DNA of 64,000 bases from Minisyncoccota bacterium. GTDB lineage: Bacteria > Patescibacteriota > Minisyncoccia > Phycocordibacterales > Phycocordibacteraceae. Below are positions 50,187 through 58,987 of this stretch, in pieces (position 1 is the first letter of the stretch; every line of letters begins with the position of its first letter). The notes beneath the pieces are model-generated. The model searched no databases. It worked only from the letters and a program-made list of their open reading frames with translations, and was not told where the DNA came from. The stretch spans positions 3,946 through 67,945 of the forward strand of contig JBAYHD010000004.1 in NCBI GenBank assembly GCA_041666305.1. The letters run 5' to 3'. A program made the position numbers and the translations under genes.

Positions 50187-50570
50187 ATGAACGGACATAT
50201 TCGCCTCGCTATATCAAAAGCAAAAACTCATAAAAAAGGCTGGGGCGAGGAAGTATGGATAATCAATAATGATACGTATTGCGGCAAGTTACTTAAGTTC
50301 AATAAAGGAGCATCGTTCAGCGACCATTACCATATCATTAAAGACGAGGCGTGGTATGTGCTCTCAGGCAAACTCGAATTGCGGTATTACAATCTCGCCA
50401 ACGCCGATCGCGTGGTCAAAGTATTAAAAGAGGGCGATGTGGTCCATATCCCGCCCAACACACCGCACCAATTGGTCGCGCGCGAGACATCGGTCATCAT
50501 AGAAGTTTCCACACCGCATGACGAAGCGGACTCTTACCGTATCGGCAAAGGCGACAGCCAGAAAAAATAA
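50187..50570 (+). CDS. Cupin-domain protein (sugar isomerase-like)
   Basis: KGWGEE, YCGKLL, SDHYH..KDE, HIPPNTPH, EVST. Confidence 0.8.
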   Translation: MNGHIRLAISKAKTHKKGWGEEVWIINNDTYCGKLLKFNKGASFSDHYHIIKDEAWYVLSGKLELRYYNLANADRVVKVLKEGDVVHIPPNTPHQLVARETSVIIEVSTPHDEADSYRIGKGDSQKK

Positions 50571-50576
50571 ATCGTA

Positions 50577-51008
50577 CTAGCTAAGGAGCAGTGCGGCGAC
50601 TATCGCCGCGATGAAGCCGATCCCTTGTTTTAGATTCACACCGTGATTTATCACCGCATAGAAAATTGCCGGAATGGAGATCTGCACGATGAGCAGAAGG
50701 ACGTAGAGCGTACTCAAATGTGTCGCCGATGTTCTTCCTACTACATCACTAAGGAAAAGAAGTGAAAGTGCCGCCAACAATCCTGCACCGAGAGCAATTC
50801 CCCATTGCACCGTGTTCGATTGCGCGTTTATTTGTATTCCGCCAGTTGCGACGAGCAGGCCGATGGCGGCAACGAGAGAAACAAAACTATAGACCACGGC
50901 GATAGGCGCCCCGATGAGTCCGCTCCGTTGCATCACGAGCGGCCATGCTCCGGCCGCGATGCCCGCAACAATGACTTCTACATACACATTTCTTAACATA
51001 TCCAACAT
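50577..51008 (-). CDS. Small multi-TM membrane protein (EamA/DMT half-domain-like)
   Basis: Five hydrophobic helices, ending KQGIGFIAAIVAALLLS. Confidence 0.65.
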   Translation of the reverse strand: MLDMLRNVYVEVIVAGIAAGAWPLVMQRSGLIGAPIAVVYSFVSLVAAIGLLVATGGIQINAQSNTVQWGIALGAGLLAALSLLFLSDVVGRTSATHLSTLYVLLLIVQISIPAIFYAVINHGVNLKQGIGFIAAIVAALLLS

Positions 51009-51033
51009 CAGGTTAAGTATAGAGCTTGTTCCT

Positions 51034-51077
51034 AAAAAAAGTTAGTGCCGCACTTCCTCTGTGAGGAAATGCGGCAC
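51034..51077 (-). terminator. Intrinsic terminator of the EEP gene
   Basis: GTGCCGCA...TGCGGCAC hairpin followed on the minus strand by a T7 run. Confidence 0.65.
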
Positions 51078-51087
51078 CGAAGAACTG

Positions 51088-51924
51088 CTACAGCCCGTAC
51101 TCGATCTCGACCGTTGCCGACAGAGCGCAATGGTCGCTGACATCGGAGCGTAGGCGAACATCCGAAAGAACGAACGAACGGTCATGCCGATTTTGCGCGA
51201 AGAACCAGTCCGTCACGACCTTCCCGCCCTTTTTTACGAACGGATGATCGGGGTCGAGCGTGTTATCGATATTCGCAGGCATTTTGTCGGAAAAACCTAC
51301 TGCGATGTGGCGGCCGGCAGTGACCATTTGGTACATCTCACCGCCACGACCAAAGTTCATATCGGCGGCCAAAAACAACCCATCGCGCGCGTTCCCTTCG
51401 CGCGTGAGAAACTCGAGTAGTTTGCGAGTGCTTTCGCGTTGCCGATCGCTCGTAGCACCACCGCGTACCCAGTAGCCGTGCGTTGTCGCGATGTTGTATT
51501 TGCGGTTATCTTTGATGACGGTGACGCAAATCGCACGGCGATCTTCGGTCGTGTCGATCAAGTCGTCGGTCTCTTTCGTCGGGGGGAATCTTTCGTTCTT
51601 GTCGTTGACTCCCTGCAAGTCTTTCAACTTGCCGTTGCCCCACGTAGTGTGACGCGTGATGTAAATCATCGGATAGCGCGAAAGGATCGCGATACCCACG
51701 ACCGCCCGATGCCCGTTGATCAAGTGGTTGGTCATGGCCGCAAATGCGACATGCCGCCATTGTCTGCGAAGCCACGGCAGGTCGCGCTCCGGGATGTCTT
51801 GTAGACACAAGACATCCGGTGCTGGCTCCGCGCCGGTGACGAGACCGTTCAGATACCCCCAGGTGCGCTGTTGAAGCAGACGCCCCGCGTTGAGGGTCAT
51901 AATGGTGAGACTCTTGTTGGGCAT
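51088..51924 (-). CDS. Endonuclease/exonuclease/phosphatase (EEP) family protein
   Basis: IMTLN, DVLCLQD, AILSRYP, TTH, ADMN, VSDHCAL; SD AAAGGAGG. Confidence 0.88.
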   Translation of the reverse strand: MPNKSLTIMTLNAGRLLQQRTWGYLNGLVTGAEPAPDVLCLQDIPERDLPWLRRQWRHVAFAAMTNHLINGHRAVVGIAILSRYPMIYITRHTTWGNGKLKDLQGVNDKNERFPPTKETDDLIDTTEDRRAICVTVIKDNRKYNIATTHGYWVRGGATSDRQRESTRKLLEFLTREGNARDGLFLAADMNFGRGGEMYQMVTAGRHIAVGFSDKMPANIDNTLDPDHPFVKKGGKVVTDWFFAQNRHDRSFVLSDVRLRSDVSDHCALSATVEIEYGL

Positions 51925-52065
51925 TTCTGCCTCCTTTCATGTCAATTGAACCGCGGTGTGCAGGAAATCCTGCTCTAAATACTCCGATACTAGAATAGCA
52001 CAAAACTACCCTATCTGTCAATGGTCCTCGGCAACGGCGCGAGAATACCCCCCTCCCTTAACCAC

Positions 52066-52103
52066 TGTCCCAATATTTGTCCTATAGGATATAATTTGAG
52101 ACA
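52066..52103. promoter_or_regulatory. Imperfect 38-bp palindrome spanning the -10 box and start codon of the PaaX/Cas2-like gene
   Basis: TGTCCCAATATTTGTCCTATAGGATATAATTTGAGACA; 31/38 identical to 52706-52743; contains TATAAT at 52090-52095. Confidence 0.85.
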
Positions 52104-52690
52104 TGAAGAAAATGCGCACGGAAACACGAGGAAAATATCTGCCGATGCGCAATCTGATTCTCCGAACGCTGGTGATGACCGGTGGGATAAGTGTCGCGCT
52201 TGTCGCACCGAAAACTTTGACTCTGCTTAAGAAGCTTGATCGCGGTATGGCGAATCGCAAGAACCTGTATCGAAATATTACCAAGGCGATAACTCGACTC
52301 GAACACGCAGGGCTTGTGCGGGTGTCGGGACAATACGCCAGCCGTAGAGTGGCATTGACCGACAAAGGGCGCACTATGATCGAAACGATCCGTGCAAGCG
52401 AGTATCATATCCCCGAACCGGTATTCTGGGACGGTAAGTGGCGAGTAGTGATGTTCGATATCCGCGAGAAGCGCCGTAGAGCTCGCTCACAGCTCCGTTC
52501 TCTGCTCATGGGTGCCGGATTCTTGCGGCTTCAGGATAGCGTGTGGATCCATCCCTACCCGTGCGACGAATTCATCGGGCTTGTTCGCGCACACCTGAAG
52601 AGCGGGACGGGTGAGATGCTTTCTTTCACTGCTGATGCACTTGAATCGGACAAAAGGTTGCGAGAACACTTCCGTCTCCCCGTCTCATAA
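52103..52690 (+). CDS. Stand-alone PaaX-like protein: winged-helix plus Cas2-like ferredoxin domain
   Basis: ITRLEHAGLV...LTDKG (wHTH); WDGKWRVVMFDIREKRRRARSQLR..GFLRLQDSVWIHPYPC (PaaX central/Cas2-like). Confidence 0.85.
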   Translation: MKKMRTETRGKYLPMRNLILRTLVMTGGISVALVAPKTLTLLKKLDRGMANRKNLYRNITKAITRLEHAGLVRVSGQYASRRVALTDKGRTMIETIRASEYHIPEPVFWDGKWRVVMFDIREKRRRARSQLRSLLMGAGFLRLQDSVWIHPYPCDEFIGLVRAHLKSGTGEMLSFTADALESDKRLREHFRLPVS

Positions 52691-52705
52691 TTCTACAAAA
52701 CTGAC

Positions 52706-52743
52706 TGTCTCAAATATTGTCCTATAGGACAATATTTGAGACA
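52706..52743. repeat. Perfect 38-bp palindrome downstream of the PaaX/Cas2-like gene
   Basis: TGTCTCAAATATTGTCCTA|TAGGACAATATTTGAGACA, 15 nt after the stop codon. Confidence 0.92.
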
Positions 52744-52803
52744 TTGGGTGTTTGATTCTGCTGTACCGTGCCCCACACCATGGTTGCTTGATTCCTATAT
52801 CAC

Positions 52804-53601
52804 TTATTTTCGCTTTGCACGCTTTTTGACCGTCTTCTTTTTGCTTTTCTTTTTGCTCGCAGTTTTTCCTATCACTGTTACGCCCTTGTGCTGCACCACT
52901 TCGGAGGCGCATTCGTTCGCGAAAGCGATGGCTTCCTCTACGTTCCCTGTTTCCAAATATTTCACGAGGAGCGCGGCGAAGAAGCTGTCCCCCGCTCCAG
53001 TGACATCTTTCACTTCTACTTTCTTACTGACTGGATAATTCTTCCCTTTGAAAAAAGCACCCTGGTCGCCCTTCGTATAGATTATTTTTTTCTCAAGACC
53101 TTTCGGAAGCGACGCTTTTGAACGCTCGTATTCATAATTGTTTATCTTTATGTACTTCGCCTTCATCGCCCAATCGCCCAGGACTTTTTTCGTATCCATA
53201 AAAACCAAGTCGTGATTCTCGCAGATGTGTCGAATATCGTCCTCGGTCAGAAATCCTTTGTTGTAATCGGAGATAGCGACGAGGTCGTACTCGTGAAGCG
53301 GCACCTTGTGCACGTTGATGCGTTCGATGTTTGGTTCGGCGTCGATACGGATGAATGTGTGGTTCGTATTGCGATGCACATAGCGCGTCTTCGTCACCTT
53401 CTCCCATCCCTCATTCGTGTAGAGATCGGCTTGCGGGTAGATGTTGTGCACGTTGCGGTGCATATTGGCCGCCATGCCGGGATTTTCGGTCTCCTCGATG
53501 ACGCGCAGTACGGGCACCGGCAGGTCCGGCGCGAGGCGCTCCGCATGGCAATATACGAATTTATCGAGGCACGCCTCGCCGACGATGAGGATTTTTTTCA
53601 T
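52804..53601 (-). CDS. PfkB-family sugar kinase (HldE/RfaE domain I-like) with Lys-rich tail
   Basis: RLAPDLPVPV, GMAAN, KTRY, ISDYNKG, DVTGAGDSF. Confidence 0.85.
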   Translation of the reverse strand: MKKILIVGEACLDKFVYCHAERLAPDLPVPVLRVIEETENPGMAANMHRNVHNIYPQADLYTNEGWEKVTKTRYVHRNTNHTFIRIDAEPNIERINVHKVPLHEYDLVAISDYNKGFLTEDDIRHICENHDLVFMDTKKVLGDWAMKAKYIKINNYEYERSKASLPKGLEKKIIYTKGDQGAFFKGKNYPVSKKVEVKDVTGAGDSFFAALLVKYLETGNVEEAIAFANECASEVVQHKGVTVIGKTASKKKSKKKTVKKRAKRK

Positions 53602-53648
53602 AGTGTGGCTACGCTATACATAACGAGAAAAACGCGAGAAAAGTTGCT

Positions 53649-54368
53649 TCACAATTCCCTCTCCACAAAGATGGAATTGACCCTGGTGTCCGCGTACAAA
53701 GAGTACCCCTGCGCTATGAGGTAGTCGTTAATGTTCGGACTTTTCTGAAGATCGCCATTCGCATCGTATCGCAAAGTTTCAACGCAAATGATCTTCGGAC
53801 GGAATCTTTTGAAATCCAGCGAACGCAGGATGTCCAGATCGTAGCTTTCCGTATCCACCGAAAGAATATCAACGCCGTGAGGAAAATAGGTCTCCATGAT
53901 CGAATTGATGGTGACGAGCGGTATGTGCAGTACTTTTTCTATCTTTTGTTTCGTTTTTAATTCTTTGTTGGCAACGGTCTCATCCGCTTCTTCTTTGCTG
54001 AACGTGTTGAGGAATGGCGACGTCATCACATAATAGTCAGCGCTCGTGTTCGCAACCGGGCTGATGCCCACATTCAGGCCTATATCTTTGCTCCGTTTCT
54101 TTTGTATGAGCCGGAACATATCCGGGTTCGGCTCAATGCAGACGCCATGCCCCCCTGCGAGATAGAAAAAGTAGGTGTTGTTCGAATAGGTGGGATCATA
54201 GGCGCCGATATCAAGATAGGAAGGCTTGCCTATGCCGAGTTCTTTGCACGCATAGTCAATAATGAGGTCCTCGCCGACTTGCGCATAACTGCGCCTATAT
54301 CTCCTATTTTGGAGATATTTAAAATAATCAATATAATTCTGTATCTTCAGATATTTCTCAATGTGCAT
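53649..54368 (-). CDS. FkbM-family methyltransferase
   Basis: SYAQVGED, LDIGAYDP..SNNT, IEPNP, LSVDTE, PKIICVE. Confidence 0.85.
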   Translation of the reverse strand: MHIEKYLKIQNYIDYFKYLQNRRYRRSYAQVGEDLIIDYACKELGIGKPSYLDIGAYDPTYSNNTYFFYLAGGHGVCIEPNPDMFRLIQKKRSKDIGLNVGISPVANTSADYYVMTSPFLNTFSKEEADETVANKELKTKQKIEKVLHIPLVTINSIMETYFPHGVDILSVDTESYDLDILRSLDFKRFRPKIICVETLRYDANGDLQKSPNINDYLIAQGYSLYADTRVNSIFVEREL

Positions 54369-54379
54369 GGCGGTTGAGA

Positions 54380-55417
54380 CTATTCCAACGTAATCGTCGG
54401 CGGGAGATGCAGCTCTTCAAACGAGAGCTTCAAGTTAAGTTTCGGCTTCCCGAACATCGTGAGGATCGCATTCGCAATATCGACCTTGGTCGGGTACCAA
54501 AACTCGCTCAAAGCAGGCGAGGTCGGGCACGGGACGGCGGGACACGAAATCGCGACGGGAGCACTTTTTAATTTCAGCGCGGTATTCTTGGCGATGCTCG
54601 CGATGATCTCCGATCCCACAGAAAATGCTCCATTGGTCGTATCAACCGTGATAAGACGGCCAGTCTTTTTTACCGAGGCGTGAATAGTCTTGTAATCCAG
54701 GGGATTGATGCTCACGAGATCGATGAGCTCCACGCGTTTCGCGTCCTTACCCAAAAGTTCGAGCGCGCGGCGCGCAGTAAAGAGAGCGTCGCCATAACCC
54801 ACAACCGTGATGTCGCTTCCTTTCTTTACTAGGTGCGCTTTATCGAGCGGTACTTCATACAGTTTTGCGGGAACTTCTTCTTTGATGCCGTAGAGCCAGC
54901 GCGACTCAAGCATGACAACCGGATTCTTATCACGTGCGGCGGCAACGAGGAGTCCTTTTGCCATTTTCGGAGACGACGGTACGACGACCTTGAGCCCCGG
55001 CACGCTGCCAAAAAGTGAATAGAGCGCTTGAGAGTGCTGAGGACCGTTGCCCCATTGGCGACCGACCACGATACGAAAAATGATAGGAACCGGACCGCCG
55101 CCGCCGAACATATAGTTCCATTTCGCGGCTTGAGTGAAGATCTGGTCGGCGGCAAGCAGACTGAACTCCACACGATCGTGATGGACGATAGGGTGCAGTC
55201 CGCTGATGGCTGAACCGACGGCGAGCCCGGTCAGTGCGGCTTCAGAGGTAGGCGTCTCGAGAATGCGGGCGGGATATTTTTCCTTCAATCCATTCGTCGT
55301 ACCGGCAGCACCCTGCGGTACGCCGAGTCCGATGACATAGACGGACGGATCCTTCTCCATCACCTGGTCGGTTGCTTCGCGTATCGCATCCGCACATTTG
55401 ATGATCCGGTCAGACAT
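54380..55417 (-). CDS. TPP-dependent dehydrogenase E1 beta/transketolase C-terminal-like subunit
   Basis: ETPTSEAA, GPQHSQ, VPGLKVV, ELIDL; start ATG 55417. Confidence 0.88.
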   Translation of the reverse strand: MSDRIIKCADAIREATDQVMEKDPSVYVIGLGVPQGAAGTTNGLKEKYPARILETPTSEAALTGLAVGSAISGLHPIVHHDRVEFSLLAADQIFTQAAKWNYMFGGGGPVPIIFRIVVGRQWGNGPQHSQALYSLFGSVPGLKVVVPSSPKMAKGLLVAAARDKNPVVMLESRWLYGIKEEVPAKLYEVPLDKAHLVKKGSDITVVGYGDALFTARRALELLGKDAKRVELIDLVSINPLDYKTIHASVKKTGRLITVDTTNGAFSVGSEIIASIAKNTALKLKSAPVAISCPAVPCPTSPALSEFWYPTKVDIANAILTMFGKPKLNLKLSFEELHLPPTITLE

Positions 55418-56368
55418 AAAAAATATCGGTATACATCTCCTTCTTCGCGGGATACGGAGATGCCTTCGCGAATTCGATCGCCTCCCGTACTTCAGCATGT
55501 ATCTCGTCCTCAATTTTCTGCAATTTCTTCTCCGCCACTCCATCAGCAAGAAGATATTTCTTCATCAGCTTCACGCTGTCGCGCTTCAGCCGTTCGTTGA
55601 GCGTGTCTTTTCTGCGTAAACCATGTTTGTCGTCCATAAGCGGCGTGCTGTGCGCCATGTGGCGATAGGTCATGCATTCAAGCACTGCCGGTCCCTTTCC
55701 CGCCCGCACGCCCTTAAGAAGGGTCGCAACTTTCTTAGAAACATCACGGAAGTCGTTACCATCCGCGCGCAGATACGAGAGGCCGAATCCCTTTGCTATT
55801 GTCTTGATGTCATACTTCTCACCCCGGCGGTCCGCGATATTCGAATTGACCGACCATGAATTATTTTCGATGACGAGCAGTACGGGAAGTTTGTAGAGTG
55901 CGGCGAGATTATACGTCTCGTAGACAACCCCCTCTTCCGAAGCGCCGTCTCCCATGAATCCAACGGCAACGCCTTTTTTATTATTATATTTTTTTCGAAC
56001 GCTACTCCGGCTGCGAGCGGAACGGCACTTCCAAGGAGTGGTGTTGAACCGACGAAATTCACCGATGTATCTATCATGTGCATGGAGCCGCCTTTGCCGC
56101 GCGCAACGCCATTCCCTCTGCCGAGAAGCTCGCAGGCCATACGGCGCAAGTCCCCTCCCTTGGCGAGATAATGTCCGTGCGAACGGTGGGTAGAGAGTAC
56201 TTTGTCTTCGGCGCCGAGCTGACTACACACGCCGACCGCAACTGCTTCCTGACCGACATAGAAATGGACCATGCTGAATATTTTTTGGTCCAAATACAAC
56301 TTAACCAATTCCTCTTCCGCAATACGCACGAGGAGCATTCGTTTGTAAGCGTCAAATAATTTCTTCAT
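55410..56368 (-). pseudogene. TPP-dependent dehydrogenase E1 alpha-like subunit, split by a 1-nt frameshift in an A7 run
   Basis: ORF 55796-56368 (HFYVGQEA, THRSHGH, GKGGSMH) and ORF 55410-55955 (GDGA..EG, ENN, TYRHMAHS) join if the run at 55989-55995 were 8 nt (FEKKYNNKKGVAVGFMGDG). Confidence 0.8.
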
Positions 56369-56371
56369 ACA

Positions 56372-57403
56372 TTACATCACGATAACTATTCTGCTTGCTT
56401 GCCCTTTGCGCAAGAGATCGATCGCCTCATTCACTTCGTCGAGCTTTACCCGATGCGTGATGAGATCTTGCACGGCAAGCGCGCCACTTGTATGTAGCTT
56501 GAGATACTCCGGTATCTCTTCATGCGGCTTGAATTGCCCTCCTTGGGTTGCCTTGATAGATTTACCTTCCCCACCGAAGAGATGCAGCGCATCCTTGATC
56601 TCGATTGTCTCGCCGGGCTTTGGTTGTCCGAGCAGAATGAAGCGGCCCTTGCCGGAGAGGAGCGGGAGTGTTGCTTCAATGGCTTTCTTTGCTCCGGAAG
56701 TGTCTATGATGACATCTACATCGTGCAGGCCGTGGGACGCGAGTGTCTCGGCGATATCTTCGGTGGCAGAATTTATGTAGATGTCGGCGCCAAATCCTTT
56801 CATCTGGTCGCGCTTATGGTCATAGATATCGACCGAGATGATAGGAGCGGCGCCGGCGAGCTTTGCCGCCTTGACGAGATTGGCGCCCAGGCCGCCGGCG
56901 CCCACGATCATCACACGTTCGCCTTTCATCACACGCGCTTCGGCATTAATGGCGCCGAGCGCGGTGGAGAGCGAACAGCCGAGCAGTGCACAGAGTTCGT
57001 CCGGGGTGTCGTGGGGGACCGGGGTCAATCGGTTCTCAGAAACGATCGAGTATTCGCTGAACGTCGTGACTTTTCCGCTTTGTATCTTTTTACCTTTGTA
57101 GATATAGGTCGGGAAATCAGATTCGATGCCGAGGCCTTTACGCCAATGCATAACGACTTTATCGCCCGGTTTGACGTGTGTGACGCCCTCGCCCACTTCC
57201 ATCACCGTGCCGGCGCCCTCATGACCCATCAGATGCGGGACGAATTTCGCGTTCCCTTTGTGACCGGCGATCTCCTGGAGTTGGGAACCGCAAATGCCGC
57301 TCATAAGGACCTTCACCAGTACTTGGCCGCGGACAAGAGGGGTAAGCCCCACCTCGGCGACGACAAGCGGGGTATTAATGGTCTCAAGTACGGCGGCCTT
57401 CAT
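56372..57403 (-). CDS. Zinc-binding alcohol dehydrogenase family
   Basis: GICGSQ, GHEGAG, LLGC, GAGGLG. Confidence 0.9.
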   Translation of the reverse strand: MKAAVLETINTPLVVAEVGLTPLVRGQVLVKVLMSGICGSQLQEIAGHKGNAKFVPHLMGHEGAGTVMEVGEGVTHVKPGDKVVMHWRKGLGIESDFPTYIYKGKKIQSGKVTTFSEYSIVSENRLTPVPHDTPDELCALLGCSLSTALGAINAEARVMKGERVMIVGAGGLGANLVKAAKLAGAAPIISVDIYDHKRDQMKGFGADIYINSATEDIAETLASHGLHDVDVIIDTSGAKKAIEATLPLLSGKGRFILLGQPKPGETIEIKDALHLFGGEGKSIKATQGGQFKPHEEIPEYLKLHTSGALAVQDLITHRVKLDEVNEAIDLLRKGQASRIVIVM

Positions 57404-57452
57404 ATGTGCTGAATATATTCTATAACCAAGAAAAGTCCACTAAAAGTTTCTC

Positions 57453-58286
57453 TTAGGGGTATACGAGACTGCCGTGCGTGAAAGTGGCGTAGGTGTTCTC
57501 AAAATACTTTTTCTTGTCCCGATAATACGGCCAGTCAACTGGCTCATCCGTGGCGACAATATGCGGAACATCGCCGAACCACGCCGCGAGATTGCTGAAC
57601 GTGGAATTGTCGCCGATGACGGCACTGCATTTTGAAAGAAGGAACAAATTCGTTTTTTCGTCTTCCGGAGACATCACGGTCGTAAAACCTTCAAATGCGC
57701 CATCCGGTATCGGACAATCGGACACAACGACGAGCGCGACATCTCTCGCATGCAGCATCTTTTCTCGCAGAAATTCTTCAAGGATAGTTTTCATGCGAGC
57801 CAAGGAAATAAGGAATTCGCCATTCTCAAATCCTTTGAATGGCCGTTGCCGTATATGCATACCGATACGAATACGGTCGCTCGGCACTGTCGCGAGAATG
57901 TCCTGTATTTTATTCTGTATGCGCGCGCCGGGCGCAAATGCTTTGATGAGCGCGTCACGGTATTTTTTTAATCCGGCCGGATTTCGAAATAGCCAACCGA
58001 AAAAATATAGCGTGTTGCATGCTTCAAATTTCTTCGACAACGACGCGGTCGGCGGAAGGAATTTTGGCATTCCGGTGGTCCACACGCCGCAGGTATGCCG
58101 CGTCGCAACATCGACAAAACGTGCGTAGAGCATATGCACATATCGCCAGAAATGAAGATGCTCCAAACGGGTGGTATTGATGACGCGCGCGCCCATGGAC
58201 ATGCCGAATGCCGTTATGCTCAGATCGTTCCAGAGGCGATTCGCCAATTCTTTGGCGCGATGTTCGACAATAATGATGTTCCTCAT
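57453..58286 (-). CDS. Divergent GT11 (alpha-1,2-fucosyltransferase-like) protein
   Basis: LANRL, IGMHIRQ, VVSD, LLSKC..IGDNSTFSNLAAW. Confidence 0.65.
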   Translation of the reverse strand: MRNIIIVEHRAKELANRLWNDLSITAFGMSMGARVINTTRLEHLHFWRYVHMLYARFVDVATRHTCGVWTTGMPKFLPPTASLSKKFEACNTLYFFGWLFRNPAGLKKYRDALIKAFAPGARIQNKIQDILATVPSDRIRIGMHIRQRPFKGFENGEFLISLARMKTILEEFLREKMLHARDVALVVVSDCPIPDGAFEGFTTVMSPEDEKTNLFLLSKCSAVIGDNSTFSNLAAWFGDVPHIVATDEPVDWPYYRDKKKYFENTYATFTHGSLVYP

Positions 58287-58987
58287 ACGAGAATGGTCCA
58301 CGGTTTCTTCAGCACCGGCATATTCCACGGGGGATTCTGCCGTGCGTACCGATGCACGAAAAGCTTCTGACGGGGATTTTCATATTGAAGATTGTCAACG
58401 AGGAACATGAATACCGAATCCACAACGTGTATTTCCTCCGCGCGCTCCAAGAGCGTGCAGTAGTCAAGAATATTATTCGTGAGCGTTTTGCCGGGACGCA
58501 CGACCGGCAGTGTGCTGGCTATCCTGTGCTGGTCTATAGACGAGCCGTAAATGGCGTCATCATGGATGAATATATACGGCTCGTTCCCCACCACTCGCGC
58601 GAGAAAATCGAGCTCTCTCGGCATATCGCGTTCAACATAAAAGCTGTCCCATTTTTTCTGGTGCGGGACACCGGCGAGTGCGTAGAATTGCCGTTCGGCG
58701 ATGATGCCGGTCTCTGGATCGTTCTGAAGCATTTTTATTTCATCATACCGACGGTCGCCAAATCGAAAAGCATTCAGCCAAAGAAAATATTGTTTCCGTC
58801 GGTGATCGCGCACTACCTCGAACCGGAGATTCTTCAGGTCGCGGAACATGAACGATACCGACTCCACATACCGTGGGATGCAGAAGATGCCGACGCGGTC
58901 GTATCGCTTGCAATACTCGCGCACCAGTCCATTGCAGATAAGATTGTCGCCGAGCTTATTGTGGAAATCGAGGAGGATGCTAGACAT
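58283..58987 (-). CDS. Hypothetical glycan-biosynthesis protein (GT-like)
   Basis: HNKLGDNLICNGLVR, YIFIHDD, AEEIHVVDS, HRYAR; translationally coupled to neighbours. Confidence 0.6.
   Translation of the reverse strand: MSSILLDFHNKLGDNLICNGLVREYCKRYDRVGIFCIPRYVESVSFMFRDLKNLRFEVVRDHRRKQYFLWLNAFRFGDRRYDEIKMLQNDPETGIIAERQFYALAGVPHQKKWDSFYVERDMPRELDFLARVVGNEPYIFIHDDAIYGSSIDQHRIASTLPVVRPGKTLTNNILDYCTLLERAEEIHVVDSVFMFLVDNLQYENPRQKLFVHRYARQNPPWNMPVLKKPWTILV

Noticed and set aside
52066-52743. CRISPR-Cas locus suggested by the Cas2-like domain and 38-bp repeats
   Set aside because: Only two repeats, 640 bp apart with a gene between them; no spacer array, cas1 or effector genes.
54380-56368. Central-metabolism pyruvate dehydrogenase
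   Set aside because: No E2/E3 genes adjacent; embedded in the glycan cluster.
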